DNA of 64,000 nucleotides from an uncultured Sutterella sp. (GTDB lineage Bacteria; Pseudomonadota; Gammaproteobacteria; Burkholderiales; Burkholderiaceae_F): NCBI GenBank assembly GCA_949287305.1, contig CASEFX010000029.1, positions 6,405 to 70,404 of the forward strand, read 5' to 3'. Shown piece by piece: positions 35,610 to 44,301 of this stretch (position 1 is its first letter; each line of letters starts with the position of its first letter). The notes under the pieces were generated by a model. It saw only the letters and a program-made list of their open reading frames with translations, ran no database searches and was not told where the DNA came from. The position numbers and the translations under genes were made by a program.

Positions 35610-36356
35610 ATGACGAACACTCTTGAAAATTTGCGCTCCGCCGGCATTTCTGCGGAAAGTCCGCAGGCGGGTCGAAGCGAGGCGGACCGTCCGCCCGCTT
35701 CACGCGACGACGTCGCGGCCTTTCAGCGCGCGATGCGGGGCGAAGCGGACGAGGCGCGGCGAAAGACTTCGGACGAAAGGTCGGCTTTTTCTCAAAAAAC
35801 GGGAGAAGGGGAGAGGACCGAAACCTCTTCGCGCGCCCGTACGGAAGGGGAAACCGCCCGCGGCGCCCGCCCCGACGATGCGATGATGACCGATCCCGAC
35901 GCCCGGAAGGCGCAGGACTTTCTCGCGTCGCTTTTCCGGGGCGTAGGCGGCACGGGGCAAGCTGCAGAAGGAACCGCGCAGACTGCGGGTCCGGCCGCAG
36001 CCGAGGGCGCTGCCTCAAACGAAGCGCTCGAGACGCTCGTCTCCCGCATTCTCGTGAGCCGTCCCGAGAGCGGAAAGACCGAAGTGCGCCTGCAGATTCA
36101 GGACGCGGTGCTCAAAAATACCGAAATCACGCTCGTGCGCGACGCGGGCGGTCAGCTCACGGTACGCATTCACACGAACGACGCGGCGGCCTTCCAGACG
36201 ATCGTCTCGGCCCGCGCGGAACTCGAGGCGCGTCTTTCGGGATGCGAAACGCTTCCCGTGCTCGTGGAACTTCAAAAAGAAACCGATCGGGAAGAAAACG
36301 ACGCCCGTCGTGAGTCGCGCGGACGCGGTCTTTTCGATGAATCGGCCCAATGGTGA
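35610..36356 (+). CDS. sctP: Needle-length/substrate-specificity-switch protein SctP (YscP-like)
   Basis: ATG at 35610 after GGAAGGAAG. Disordered Arg/Glu/Ala-rich N-terminus and a T3S4-like C-terminal domain (TEVRLQIQDAVLKNTEITLVRDAGGQLTVRIHTNDAAAFQTIVSARAELEARL). Confidence 0.68.
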   Translation: MTNTLENLRSAGISAESPQAGRSEADRPPASRDDVAAFQRAMRGEADEARRKTSDERSAFSQKTGEGERTETSSRARTEGETARGARPDDAMMTDPDARKAQDFLASLFRGVGGTGQAAEGTAQTAGPAAAEGAASNEALETLVSRILVSRPESGKTEVRLQIQDAVLKNTEITLVRDAGGQLTVRIHTNDAAAFQTIVSARAELEARLSGCETLPVLVELQKETDREENDARRESRGRGLFDESAQW

Positions 36357-36373
36357 GGGGAGGAGAAATCGTC

Positions 36374-37450
36374 ATGCCGAAGAGTTACATCCTTCCGACC
36401 TTCGAAGCCTGGGCGCTGCCCCTGCGAAACGCTCTGCTCGAGCGTCTTCCCGTCTCGTTTGCCTTCGGAAAGGACCTCCCGGCCAAGCTCGAGGTCCTTC
36501 CCTGCGCGGCCGCATTTGCCCCCGCCGCCGAACTGACGCTCACGATCGACGGACACCCCTGGCGGGCGTACTTTGAAAACCGAGCGCTCCTGCCGCTCCA
36601 TCCGCTCTTTGACGAAGCGGCGATGAAGGACGTTGCGCCCGAATCGCTGCCCGAGCCTCTTCTCGGTCTCGTCGCCGAAGCGCTCTGCGGAGCCTTTGCG
36701 AAGGGCTTCTCGGCGCTGACGGGCGCCGTCGTGAAGGCTTCGGACTATCAAAACTCGAACGGCGCGACGGTGTCGGCCCCCTTTGCGCTTCGTCTTACCG
36801 TCGGGGAACGCAAGACGCTCCTTTTCCTTCGCCCCGAAGAATCCGTGCCGCTCGACGCCGCGCTCGCGCTTGTCGAACGGCTCCGCAACGTGCCCGCGAA
36901 GGACGCCGACTTTCTCGCGGGGGCGCTTTCGGCCGTGCCCTTCCGGCTCGAAAGAAGGGCGGGGCGTTCGGTCCTTTCCCTTTCGGACTATGCGAATCTC
37001 GTTGCGGGGGACGTTCTCGTTCCCGACGAATGGTATGCGGCCGACGACGTCCGCGTCGAAATCGCGTCGCCCGGAAAACGTCTTCTCTGCGCTTGCGCCC
37101 GAATCGACAACGGCCGGGTATGTCTGGCCGAAGAATTTCAACCCTTGGAGGAAACCGTCATGGATGCAGTCGAAGAACTGACCGTGGAACTCTCCTTTTC
37201 GCTCGAAGAACGCCTCGTCACCCTGGGTGAACTCTCGCGCATGCGCGCGGGCACGGTTCTGCCGCTCACGGTCGATCCGGCCGCACCCGTCACGATCCGC
37301 GCCAACGGCCGCCGCGTCGCAAAGGGGCGCCTCGTCGATCTGAACGGCACGCTCGGCGTCGAACTCCTCGAAGCGGCCGCGGCCGGTCCCGAAACCGCCG
37401 CCGCGCCGGAAGAGGCGGCGAAGCCGGAAGGGGAAGCGAATGGGCTTTGA
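36374..37450 (+). CDS. sctQ: Cytoplasmic ring/sorting platform protein SctQ (YscQ)
   Basis: GGAGGAGA RBS then ATG at 36374. C-terminal SpoA (FliN-like) domain (LTVELSFSLEERLVTLGELSRMRAGTVLPL..IRANGRRVAKGRLVDLNGTLGVELLE). Confidence 0.87.
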   Translation: MPKSYILPTFEAWALPLRNALLERLPVSFAFGKDLPAKLEVLPCAAAFAPAAELTLTIDGHPWRAYFENRALLPLHPLFDEAAMKDVAPESLPEPLLGLVAEALCGAFAKGFSALTGAVVKASDYQNSNGATVSAPFALRLTVGERKTLLFLRPEESVPLDAALALVERLRNVPAKDADFLAGALSAVPFRLERRAGRSVLSLSDYANLVAGDVLVPDEWYAADDVRVEIASPGKRLLCACARIDNGRVCLAEEFQPLEETVMDAVEELTVELSFSLEERLVTLGELSRMRAGTVLPLTVDPAAPVTIRANGRRVAKGRLVDLNGTLGVELLEAAAAGPETAAAPEEAAKPEGEANGL

Positions 37451-38090
37451 TCCCGTATGGCTCATCTTCCTCGGCGTCGGGCTGGGGATCGTGCCGATCT
37501 TTCTCATGATGGCGACCTCCTACGTGAAGATCGTGGTGGTCCTTCTTCTCGTGCGAAACGCCTTGGGCGTGCAGCAGATTCCGCCGCAGATGGTGATCAA
37601 CGGCCTCGCCATGGTCCTCACCGTCTTCATCATGGCGCCCGTGGGCTACGACACGATGGCGCTCCTGGAGAAGGAGACGGCCGGACGCGAGGCGATCGCC
37701 CCGACGGAAGTCTTTGCGGTCGCGGAAAAGGTGTCGCCCCCCTTGAAGCACTTCCTCACGGTCAACACCGACGAGCGCGTCTCGAACATGTTCGTCTCGA
37801 CCGCGCAGCGGATCTGGCCCGAAGAGATGCGCGACTCGGTGAAGAGCGACGACTGGGCGGTTCTGATTCCGTCCTTCACGATCACGGAACTGACGAAGGC
37901 CTTTCAGATCGGGTTCGTGCTCTATCTCGCCTTCATCGCGATCGACCTGATCATTTCGAACATTCTCCTTGCCATGGGCATGATGATGGTTTCGCCCATG
38001 ACGATTTCGCTCCCGTTCAAGCTCCTTCTCTTCGTGACGCTCGACGGGTGGCTCAAGATCACGCAGGGACTTCTTTTGAGTTATCGCTGA
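37440..38090 (+). CDS. sctR: T3SS export apparatus protein SctR (YscR/FliP family)
   Basis: 216 aa. Motifs TSYVKIVVVLLLVRNALGVQQIPPQMVINGLA and a conserved C-terminal membrane region. Confidence 0.95.
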   Translation: MGFDPVWLIFLGVGLGIVPIFLMMATSYVKIVVVLLLVRNALGVQQIPPQMVINGLAMVLTVFIMAPVGYDTMALLEKETAGREAIAPTEVFAVAEKVSPPLKHFLTVNTDERVSNMFVSTAQRIWPEEMRDSVKSDDWAVLIPSFTITELTKAFQIGFVLYLAFIAIDLIISNILLAMGMMMVSPMTISLPFKLLLFVTLDGWLKITQGLLLSYR

Positions 38091-38123
38091 GGCCGGACGA
38101 TTCCGGCCCCTTGGACTTACGCC

Positions 38124-38459
38124 ATGCAGATTGTGAATTCTCAGGTTTCTGACGTCACCGTCATCGCGCTCTCGGGGAGCCTCGATGCGGCTTCCGTCGC
38201 GGACTTCGACGCCGAATGGAAGGCCGCGCTCGACGCGGGCGCCACAAAGCTCGTCGTCGATTTGGGCGGCATCGATTACATCAGCTCCGCGGGACTGCGC
38301 GGGATTCTGATGCTCTCGAAGACGGCCAAGGTCGGGAACGTTCAAGTGATCTTCTCGGACCTTCGCTCGATGGTCGCGGAAATGTTCAGGCTCTCGGGCT
38401 TTACGAACATTCTGCGCACGGCGCCCGACACCGCTTCCGCGGTCGAGGACCTAGCCTGA
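38124..38459 (+). CDS. STAS-domain anti-anti-sigma factor-type protein (SpoIIAA/RsbV/BtrV-like)
   Basis: 111 aa. ..VIALSGSLDAASVADFD..LVVDLGGIDYISSAGLRGILML.. includes the conserved phosphorylatable Ser context (S54/S55, nt 38283-38288). Confidence 0.88.
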   Translation: MQIVNSQVSDVTVIALSGSLDAASVADFDAEWKAALDAGATKLVVDLGGIDYISSAGLRGILMLSKTAKVGNVQVIFSDLRSMVAEMFRLSGFTNILRTAPDTASAVEDLA

Positions 38460-38481
38460 CGTTCAACCTTTTGATACGGAG

Positions 38482-38934
38482 GTGACCATGCCTTCCATTC
38501 GAGTGCCGGCCAGGCTCGAGAACCTGGAGCCCTGCAAAACCTATTTGCGCGAGAATCTGCCCGCGCGCTTCGCCGATCAGTGGAACAACGTTCAGCTCGT
38601 CGCCGAAGAGCTTCTCGTGAACGTCTTCAGCTACGCCTATCCGGAGGGCGACACGGGCGAGGCTCAGATCAACCTCGAAACCGTGCCCGCTCCGACGACG
38701 GAAAACGGGGGTGCCGCCGAAGAATGGCTCGTCTTCACCGTGCGCGACTGGGGCGAACCCTTCAATCCCTTCGAAGAGGTGCCCGATCCCGACTTGACGC
38801 TCGACGTCGAGGCGCGTCCCGTGGGCGGGCTCGGGATCTTCCTCATCAAGCAGGTTTCGGCCCGTCAGGACTGGGCCTATGAGGAGGGCGCCAACACGAT
38901 CCACATCTATTTCCGTCCTACGGAGGCGTCCTGA
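38482..38934 (+). CDS. RsbW/SpoIIAB/BtrW-type serine protein kinase (GHKL ATPase, anti-sigma-factor family)
   Basis: 150 aa. N-box AEELLVNVFSYAY, G1 VRDWGEPFNPF and G2 PVGGLGIFLIK. Its stop TGA (38932-38934) overlaps the sctS ATG (38934). Confidence 0.85.
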   Translation: MTMPSIRVPARLENLEPCKTYLRENLPARFADQWNNVQLVAEELLVNVFSYAYPEGDTGEAQINLETVPAPTTENGGAAEEWLVFTVRDWGEPFNPFEEVPDPDLTLDVEARPVGGLGIFLIKQVSARQDWAYEEGANTIHIYFRPTEAS

Positions 38935-39197
38935 TGAATCCGATGGCGATGGAATATGCGAGCGAGTGTCTCTACCTCGTTCTCATGATTTCGCTGCCGC
39001 CCATCCTGATCGCTTCGGTGATCGGCATCCTCCTGAGTCTCATTCAGGCGGTGACGCAGCTGCAGGAACAGACGCTCGTCTTCGGCGTGAAGCTCATTGC
39101 GGTCGTCGGGACGATCTTCGTCTTGGGCGGCTGGATGTCGGGCGAGATCCTGCGCTTTGCGAGCGAAATCTTCGACACCTTTCACCTGCTTCGCTGA
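38934..39197 (+). CDS. sctS: T3SS export apparatus protein SctS (YscS/FliQ family)
   Basis: 87 aa with two hydrophobic helices. Conserved LSLIQAVTQLQEQTLVFGVKL motif. Confidence 0.93.
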   Translation: MNPMAMEYASECLYLVLMISLPPILIASVIGILLSLIQAVTQLQEQTLVFGVKLIAVVGTIFVLGGWMSGEILRFASEIFDTFHLLR

Positions 39198-39213
39198 AGG
39201 AGCGTGAACCGGG

Positions 39214-40029
39214 ATGCTCGACTTTCTGCTGCAGTACGACCTGACGACCCATTTTCAGGCCTTTCTCCTCGGCTCCACGCGGCTCATGGTCTTCGCCGCC
39301 GTGGCGCCCTTCATGGGGAATCAGGTTCTGAACATGACGGTCCGCTCGGCCGTGGTGATGGCGCTCTATCTCGTCGTGCATCCGACGGTGGTTTCGACGA
39401 TCCCGGTGTTTTCGCCCCTCACGCCGGGCACCCTGGCGATCCTCGGCGGCCTCCTTTTGAAGGAGGTCTTTCTCGGCTTCGTCCTCGGCTGGACGGCGGG
39501 GCTCGTCTTCTGGGCGGTCGAAAGCGCGGGGCTCTTCATCGACAATCAGCGCGGCGCCGCGCAGGCGATGGGGGCCGATCCCCTGATGGGGGACCAGACG
39601 TCTCCCACGGGGTCCTTCCTCTTTCAGAGCGTGGCGGTCCTCTTCTTTGCGTCGGGCGCCTTTCTCGCGATGCTCGGCGTCGTCTACAGCACCTACGAGT
39701 GGTGGCCCGTCGCCGAGGTGATTCCGATGGAATTCTTCCGCAACACCGCGGCGGCGCTTCACTTCGGCGAGGCCGTGGCGAGACTCGCAGCATCGGCCCT
39801 TCTCATTTCCGCTCCCGTGGTGCTTGCGTGCCTTTTCACCGACATCGCGCTCGGGCTCATCAACCGCTTCGCGTCGCAGTTGAACGTCTACATCCTGTCG
39901 CTTCCGATCAAGTGCGCGCTCGCGTCCTTCCTTCTGATCTTCTACTTCGCCGTCCTCATGTCGGACGCCCCCGAGCGCTTCGCGCTCTTCGGCCTTGACG
40001 TTTCTGCGCTTCGCGCGATGATGCCATGA
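39214..40029 (+). CDS. sctT: T3SS export apparatus protein SctT (YscT/FliR family)
   Basis: 271 aa polytopic membrane protein. Sits between sctS and sctU, with an ATGA overlap with sctU. Confidence 0.92.
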   Translation: MLDFLLQYDLTTHFQAFLLGSTRLMVFAAVAPFMGNQVLNMTVRSAVVMALYLVVHPTVVSTIPVFSPLTPGTLAILGGLLLKEVFLGFVLGWTAGLVFWAVESAGLFIDNQRGAAQAMGADPLMGDQTSPTGSFLFQSVAVLFFASGAFLAMLGVVYSTYEWWPVAEVIPMEFFRNTAAALHFGEAVARLAASALLISAPVVLACLFTDIALGLINRFASQLNVYILSLPIKCALASFLLIFYFAVLMSDAPERFALFGLDVSALRAMMP

Positions 40030-41069
40030 GTGAAAAGACCGAACAACCGACACCGAAACGCATTCGGGACTCGCGCGAAAAGGGCGACATCGCCAAGGGG
40101 CAGGACCTTGCGCCCGCGGCGACCGTGCTCGCCTTTGCGCTCTACGCGATCGGGAACGGCGAGACCGTCTGGGAGGAGCTCGTGCAGATGACGACGGTCC
40201 CGATGGAGGTCTTTCATCTCCCGTACGAAGAGGCGCTCTCGAAGACCGTGCAACTCGTCGTCGACGTCTCGCTCGGGATCGTTTTTCCCGTGGTGGGGCT
40301 CGTGATGGGCGTGGCGCTTATGGTGCTTCTCGCCGAAACGGGCTTTCTCTTCGCCCCGAAGGCGGCGGCTCCGAAACTTGAGAACCTGAGCCCGACGCGC
40401 TGGTTCAAGCGCGTCTTCTCGATGAAGAATCTCTTCGAATTCGCGAAGAACATCGTGAAGGTCACGGTTCTGACCGGGATCGTCTGGCTCGTCTTTTCCG
40501 ACTATCTCCCCGTGCTCTTTCAAATCCCCAAGGGAGGCTTGGGGGCCATGTGGAGCGTGATCGGCTCGGCCGTCGGGGAACTCCTTCTCTATTCGGCGGG
40601 CGCCTTCGCGATCGTGGCGGTGCTCGACTATCTCTATCAAAAGTACAAGTGGACGCACGAACACATGATGAGCATCGACGAAGTGAAGCGCGAGTACAAG
40701 GATACCGAGGGCGATCCGCAGATCCGCGGTCAGCGCAAGCAGCTCTACCGCGAACTCATGAATCAAAACGCCCTCGGAAACGTCCGCCGCGCAAAGGTCC
40801 TCGTCACGAACCCCACGCACTATGCCGTGGCGCTCGACTATGACGAGGAAAAGACGCCGCTTCCCGTCATCCTTGCGAAGGGCGAGGGAGCCCTTGCGCA
40901 GCGCATGATCGAGGTCGCCAAGGAAGAGGGGATTCCGATCATGCGAAACGTCCCGCTTGCCCGCGCGCTCTACAGCGAGGGCGTCGAAAACAATTACGTG
41001 CCCCGAGATCTGCTCGAGCCCGTTGCGGAAGTGCTGCGCTGGGTGAAGAGCCTCGAGCGGCCCAACTGA
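40026..41069 (+). CDS. sctU: T3SS autoprotease/switch protein SctU (YscU/FlhB family)
   Basis: 347 aa. N-terminus MSEKTEQPTPKRIRDSREKGDIAKGQDL, four TM helices and the NPTH autocleavage site (AAC CCC ACG CAC at 40809-40820). Confidence 0.96.
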   Translation: MSEKTEQPTPKRIRDSREKGDIAKGQDLAPAATVLAFALYAIGNGETVWEELVQMTTVPMEVFHLPYEEALSKTVQLVVDVSLGIVFPVVGLVMGVALMVLLAETGFLFAPKAAAPKLENLSPTRWFKRVFSMKNLFEFAKNIVKVTVLTGIVWLVFSDYLPVLFQIPKGGLGAMWSVIGSAVGELLLYSAGAFAIVAVLDYLYQKYKWTHEHMMSIDEVKREYKDTEGDPQIRGQRKQLYRELMNQNALGNVRRAKVLVTNPTHYAVALDYDEEKTPLPVILAKGEGALAQRMIEVAKEEGIPIMRNVPLARALYSEGVENNYVPRDLLEPVAEVLRWVKSLERPN

Positions 41070-41079
41070 GGATAAGAAC

Positions 41080-41553
41080 ATGTCTTACGAAACGAACCGC
41101 ATCGGCGAATTTCTGCAGTCCTTTGCCAAGGCTGCGGGCCTCTCCGACCTCGCCCTCTCGGACGAGGGAAGCCTCTTTTTGTCCGTGGACGGCGCGGCAC
41201 TCACGCTTCGCTACTTCCCCGCGACGGACGACCTTGTGATCGCCTCGATCGCGGCGAAGTGTCCTGAAGGCGAATCCGGCCGTCTGGCGCTCTATGAAAA
41301 GGCGCTCAAGATGAACGCCTTCTCGCGGGAGACGGGCGAGGGCGTTCTCGGACTTCTCCCCGACGGTTCGGCCTTGGTCTACAGCGTGTGGGTGCGGCCG
41401 GGGAAGCTTTCCTACGGCGACTTTGAGGCGCTCCTTCTCGGAACGGCCGACCGCGTCCAAAAGCTTCGCGCGGCCTTTGCCGAATCCGAGGAATCCGATG
41501 CCGCGCCCGCCGACCTCTCCTGGATGCAGGGGGCGGGCGTTTTGAGCGTCTGA
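41080..41553 (+). CDS. Class I (CesT-fold) T3SS effector chaperone
   Basis: 157 aa and acidic. Pattern ..FLQSFAKAAGLSDLALSDEGSLFLSVDGAALTLRYFPATDDLVIASIA.. is typical of SycE/CesT-type chaperones. Last gene of the sct plus-strand block. Confidence 0.7.
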   Translation: MSYETNRIGEFLQSFAKAAGLSDLALSDEGSLFLSVDGAALTLRYFPATDDLVIASIAAKCPEGESGRLALYEKALKMNAFSRETGEGVLGLLPDGSALVYSVWVRPGKLSYGDFEALLLGTADRVQKLRAAFAESEESDAAPADLSWMQGAGVLSV

Positions 41554-41678
41554 CAAACCCTGCGCGAGAACGCATCCCCCATTTTTTTTCGCGGCATTTT
41601 GCGGGATTTTGGTACACTGAACCCGTTTTGCCATGTCATGGAGCCGATTCCGTGACCTTAACCGTATGGAGATCTTAG

Positions 41679-42443
41679 ATGCCTGATCAAAAGAAGACAG
41701 TTTTCATCACCGGAGGATCGACGGGAATCGGGGCGGCGTCCGTCCGCAAATTCGCGCAATCCGGTTGGAACGTGGCTTTCATGGACATCAACGTGGAGGA
41801 CGGGCAAGCCGTTGCACGGGATACCGGCGCTCTTTTTGTCGAAGGCAACACGCGAAATCGTGAAGACATCGAGAAGGCTGTCGCGGCGGCCATCGACAAG
41901 TACGGTGAACTCGATTGCGTGGTGGCCAATGCCGGGATCCACCGTTGCAACACGATGCTCACGATCAGCGAAGAAGAGCTCGACTTGATGATCGATACCA
42001 ACATTAAGGGGACCGTGCGCACGCTGCAGGCCGCAGTGCCGAGCATTTTGAGAAAGGGCGGCGGCTCCGTCGTCATCAACGCTTCGGATCAGAGCTACAT
42101 CGGCAAGGCCAACAGTTTCGGCTACGGGCTCACGAAGGGTGCGCTCGGTCAAATCACCAAGAGTCTGGCCATCGACCTCGGACGTCAGAATGTCCGGGTC
42201 AACGCCGTTTGCGCCGCAACGATCCGCACGCCGCTCGCGATCAACCTTTTCCAGAAGTTTGCGGACATCACGCACAACGGGGATGCGAGCGCTTATTGGA
42301 AGGCCGAAGCGGAACAGTATCCGCTCGGAAGAGTCGGCGAGGCTCCGGAAGTTGCCGAGCTGATTTACTTCTTGGCGTCGGATTCGGCGAGCTTCATTAC
42401 CGGGGGGCTGTATCTGATTGACGGCGGACTGGTTGCCGGCTAA
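41679..42443 (+). CDS. Short-chain dehydrogenase/reductase (SDR) family oxidoreductase
   Basis: TGGSTGIG cofactor motif, NAG and catalytic YGLTK (YxxxK). 254 aa. Confidence 0.9.
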   Translation: MPDQKKTVFITGGSTGIGAASVRKFAQSGWNVAFMDINVEDGQAVARDTGALFVEGNTRNREDIEKAVAAAIDKYGELDCVVANAGIHRCNTMLTISEEELDLMIDTNIKGTVRTLQAAVPSILRKGGGSVVINASDQSYIGKANSFGYGLTKGALGQITKSLAIDLGRQNVRVNAVCAATIRTPLAINLFQKFADITHNGDASAYWKAEAEQYPLGRVGEAPEVAELIYFLASDSASFITGGLYLIDGGLVAG

Positions 42444-42542
42444 GGATGCTTCTAAAAGAAGGCGTCGAGCGGATCCGCTTCGCCGGACGAACTCGACGCC
42501 GCCGGATGGATCGTCATAGAGTCTGTATCGGGAGGAACAGCG

Positions 42543-44147
42543 ATGACCAAGATTAATCCCGCCGCCGTGAGCGGCATCAACGCGGAAACCCTGCAGACGC
42601 CCGTCACCGAGGACGCTGGCAACGTTACCGAATCGACGTCCGTCACCCTGGGCCGCACCGTGGCGACCCGCCCCGAGGGTACGCAGGCCCTCGAGCACGC
42701 GCAGCTTTTGGAAGAAATCGGCGCGGCCGCGGACGCCAAGAAGGCGCGGGAAACGGCCGACCCGAAGGCCGCCCGAGACGTGCAGGTGGAATCCCACCCC
42801 ACGTCCGAAGCGGAGGAGGTGGCCGAAGCGGCGCTTCCTCCCGACACGCCCGAAGGCAAGGGGGCGGCGTCGAAGGCCCTCACGCACCTTTGCACAACGT
42901 TGCCGGACGATCCGGATCCCGATGAAATCCTGGCGCTCTCCGGCATGAACGACGACGACTGGGCCGCGCTCGCGGCGGCCGAGGAGGACGACTGGGGCGG
43001 CTGGGATGTTTCGAACGAGAACGTCGACTCGACGCAGAGCGTGGCGGCGTCTTCGCACGACGTGTCGTCCTCCGGACCCCTCGACGCGAACGACCGCGTG
43101 ACCGCTCCCTTGACGGAGGGGCTCGAAGACTTTGCAGGAATGTCGCAAACCGAGATTCTCGCCGACGTCAAGACGAAGCTTCGCACGGACTTCCGGACGG
43201 AATTCGGGGGCTCCGAAGCGCTCGACGGCGGACAGGAAGTGCGTCCCGACACGCGCACCTTCTGCGGGCGCACCTACGACACGCTCTCGCGCTGGTGGAG
43301 CGCCAAGGCGTCGCGCTACGCGCAGACGGGACATCCGATTCTCGCCGCGATCTGCCGCACGATCTCGGGCTTTTTCACGCCGCGCGTCATGACGCCGCAC
43401 GAACTCAAGTACATGGCGGTGACGTCGCTCGAAAACCTCGCCCAAAACCTTCCTGCGGTTCGCGAAGCCTTCTACCGGAGTTCGGAAGAGGGGATTCGTC
43501 TTCTTGCCGACCGCACGGCCCTCACGGTGCACCCCGCGCTTCTCGACGAAATCAACGGGATCGGAAGCGTCGAGGAAGCCGACGCGGCGCTCGAGAACCT
43601 GCAGGCGATCTATGGCCTCAGCGACAAGGCGGTCGCGCACGGGCAGTCGCTCCCGACGCTTGAAGCAAAGAAGGACTATCTCGTCGGGCTCAAGCTCATG
43701 AGCGAACTCGAGCGCTACCTCGACAACATTCTCTCGGCCTGGGGGAAGGCGCAGGGCAACGTGGATTCGGTGAGAAGCTTCTTCGAGGAGGCCCTGCCCA
43801 CCGACGACGCGTGCTTCGACGCGCGGAGCCGTTCGGCCGAGAACTTCCGCAACCGCATCTCTTCGCTCGTGCGCCCGCGCGAGACGCTGATGGAAAACGC
43901 CATGCGCATTCTGCAGGATGTTCCCGGAACGGCCGAGCAAAAAGAATCCTGGTCCTATTGCGCGGATTATCTGCAGCGGACGCTTCGCGGTCAGACCGTG
44001 GCGGACGGGCGAATCACCGAACCCTTCAGCTTCGAGCAGCTCGAAGAGATCCGCGTGGCCTTTGAGAGGGAGAACTGGTACGAGTACAAGCTTGACGACC
44101 GCAGCCCCGAGGAAGAGGAGGCGGTGCGGGCTGCGCAGGACTACTGA
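42543..44147 (+). CDS. Hypothetical 534-aa protein with disordered acidic/Ser-Thr-rich N-terminus; candidate T3SS effector
   Basis: GGGAGGAAC RBS then ATG at 42543. No signal peptide or TM helix. The N-terminal roughly 230 aa are low-complexity (S/T/E/D/A-rich). The C-terminal half is helical with no family I recognise. Confidence 0.55.
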   Translation: MTKINPAAVSGINAETLQTPVTEDAGNVTESTSVTLGRTVATRPEGTQALEHAQLLEEIGAAADAKKARETADPKAARDVQVESHPTSEAEEVAEAALPPDTPEGKGAASKALTHLCTTLPDDPDPDEILALSGMNDDDWAALAAAEEDDWGGWDVSNENVDSTQSVAASSHDVSSSGPLDANDRVTAPLTEGLEDFAGMSQTEILADVKTKLRTDFRTEFGGSEALDGGQEVRPDTRTFCGRTYDTLSRWWSAKASRYAQTGHPILAAICRTISGFFTPRVMTPHELKYMAVTSLENLAQNLPAVREAFYRSSEEGIRLLADRTALTVHPALLDEINGIGSVEEADAALENLQAIYGLSDKAVAHGQSLPTLEAKKDYLVGLKLMSELERYLDNILSAWGKAQGNVDSVRSFFEEALPTDDACFDARSRSAENFRNRISSLVRPRETLMENAMRILQDVPGTAEQKESWSYCADYLQRTLRGQTVADGRITEPFSFEQLEEIRVAFERENWYEYKLDDRSPEEEEAVRAAQDY

Positions 44148-44196
44148 GACCGGCATTTTTGACGGACGGCGCTCTAGAGGCGCTCCGTAATGACAA

Positions 44197-44246
44197 GACG
44201 CCCGATGATCGCGGGGATTCCCCGTCTGTCGCCGGGCGTTTCCTTT
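44197..44246 (+). terminator. Possible structured terminator after the 534-aa ORF
   Basis: GACGCCCG (44197-44204) pairs with CGGGCGTT (44233-44240), encloses an inner CGGGG/CCCCG hairpin and is followed by a T-rich TTCCTTT. Confidence 0.35.
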
Positions 44247-44301
44247 GGGCAGAATGTTCCCTTGGACCAACCCGTTTGGCTTCTGACCTAAGGAGAACAT
44301 C

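Noticed and set aside
32864-35647. 927-aa minus-strand ORF across sctK-sctO
   Set aside because: It lies antisense to unmistakable SctL/SctN/SctO coding sequence (Walker motifs on the plus strand), so it is a compositional artefact.
14654-41553. Whether the cluster could be a flagellar export system rather than an injectisome
   Set aside because: A secretin (SctC), needle subunit (SctF) with YscE/G-type chaperones, gatekeeper (SctW), hydrophobic translocators and LcrH-type chaperones are all present. No flagellar rod, hook, FliE/FlgB-type or motor genes are present.
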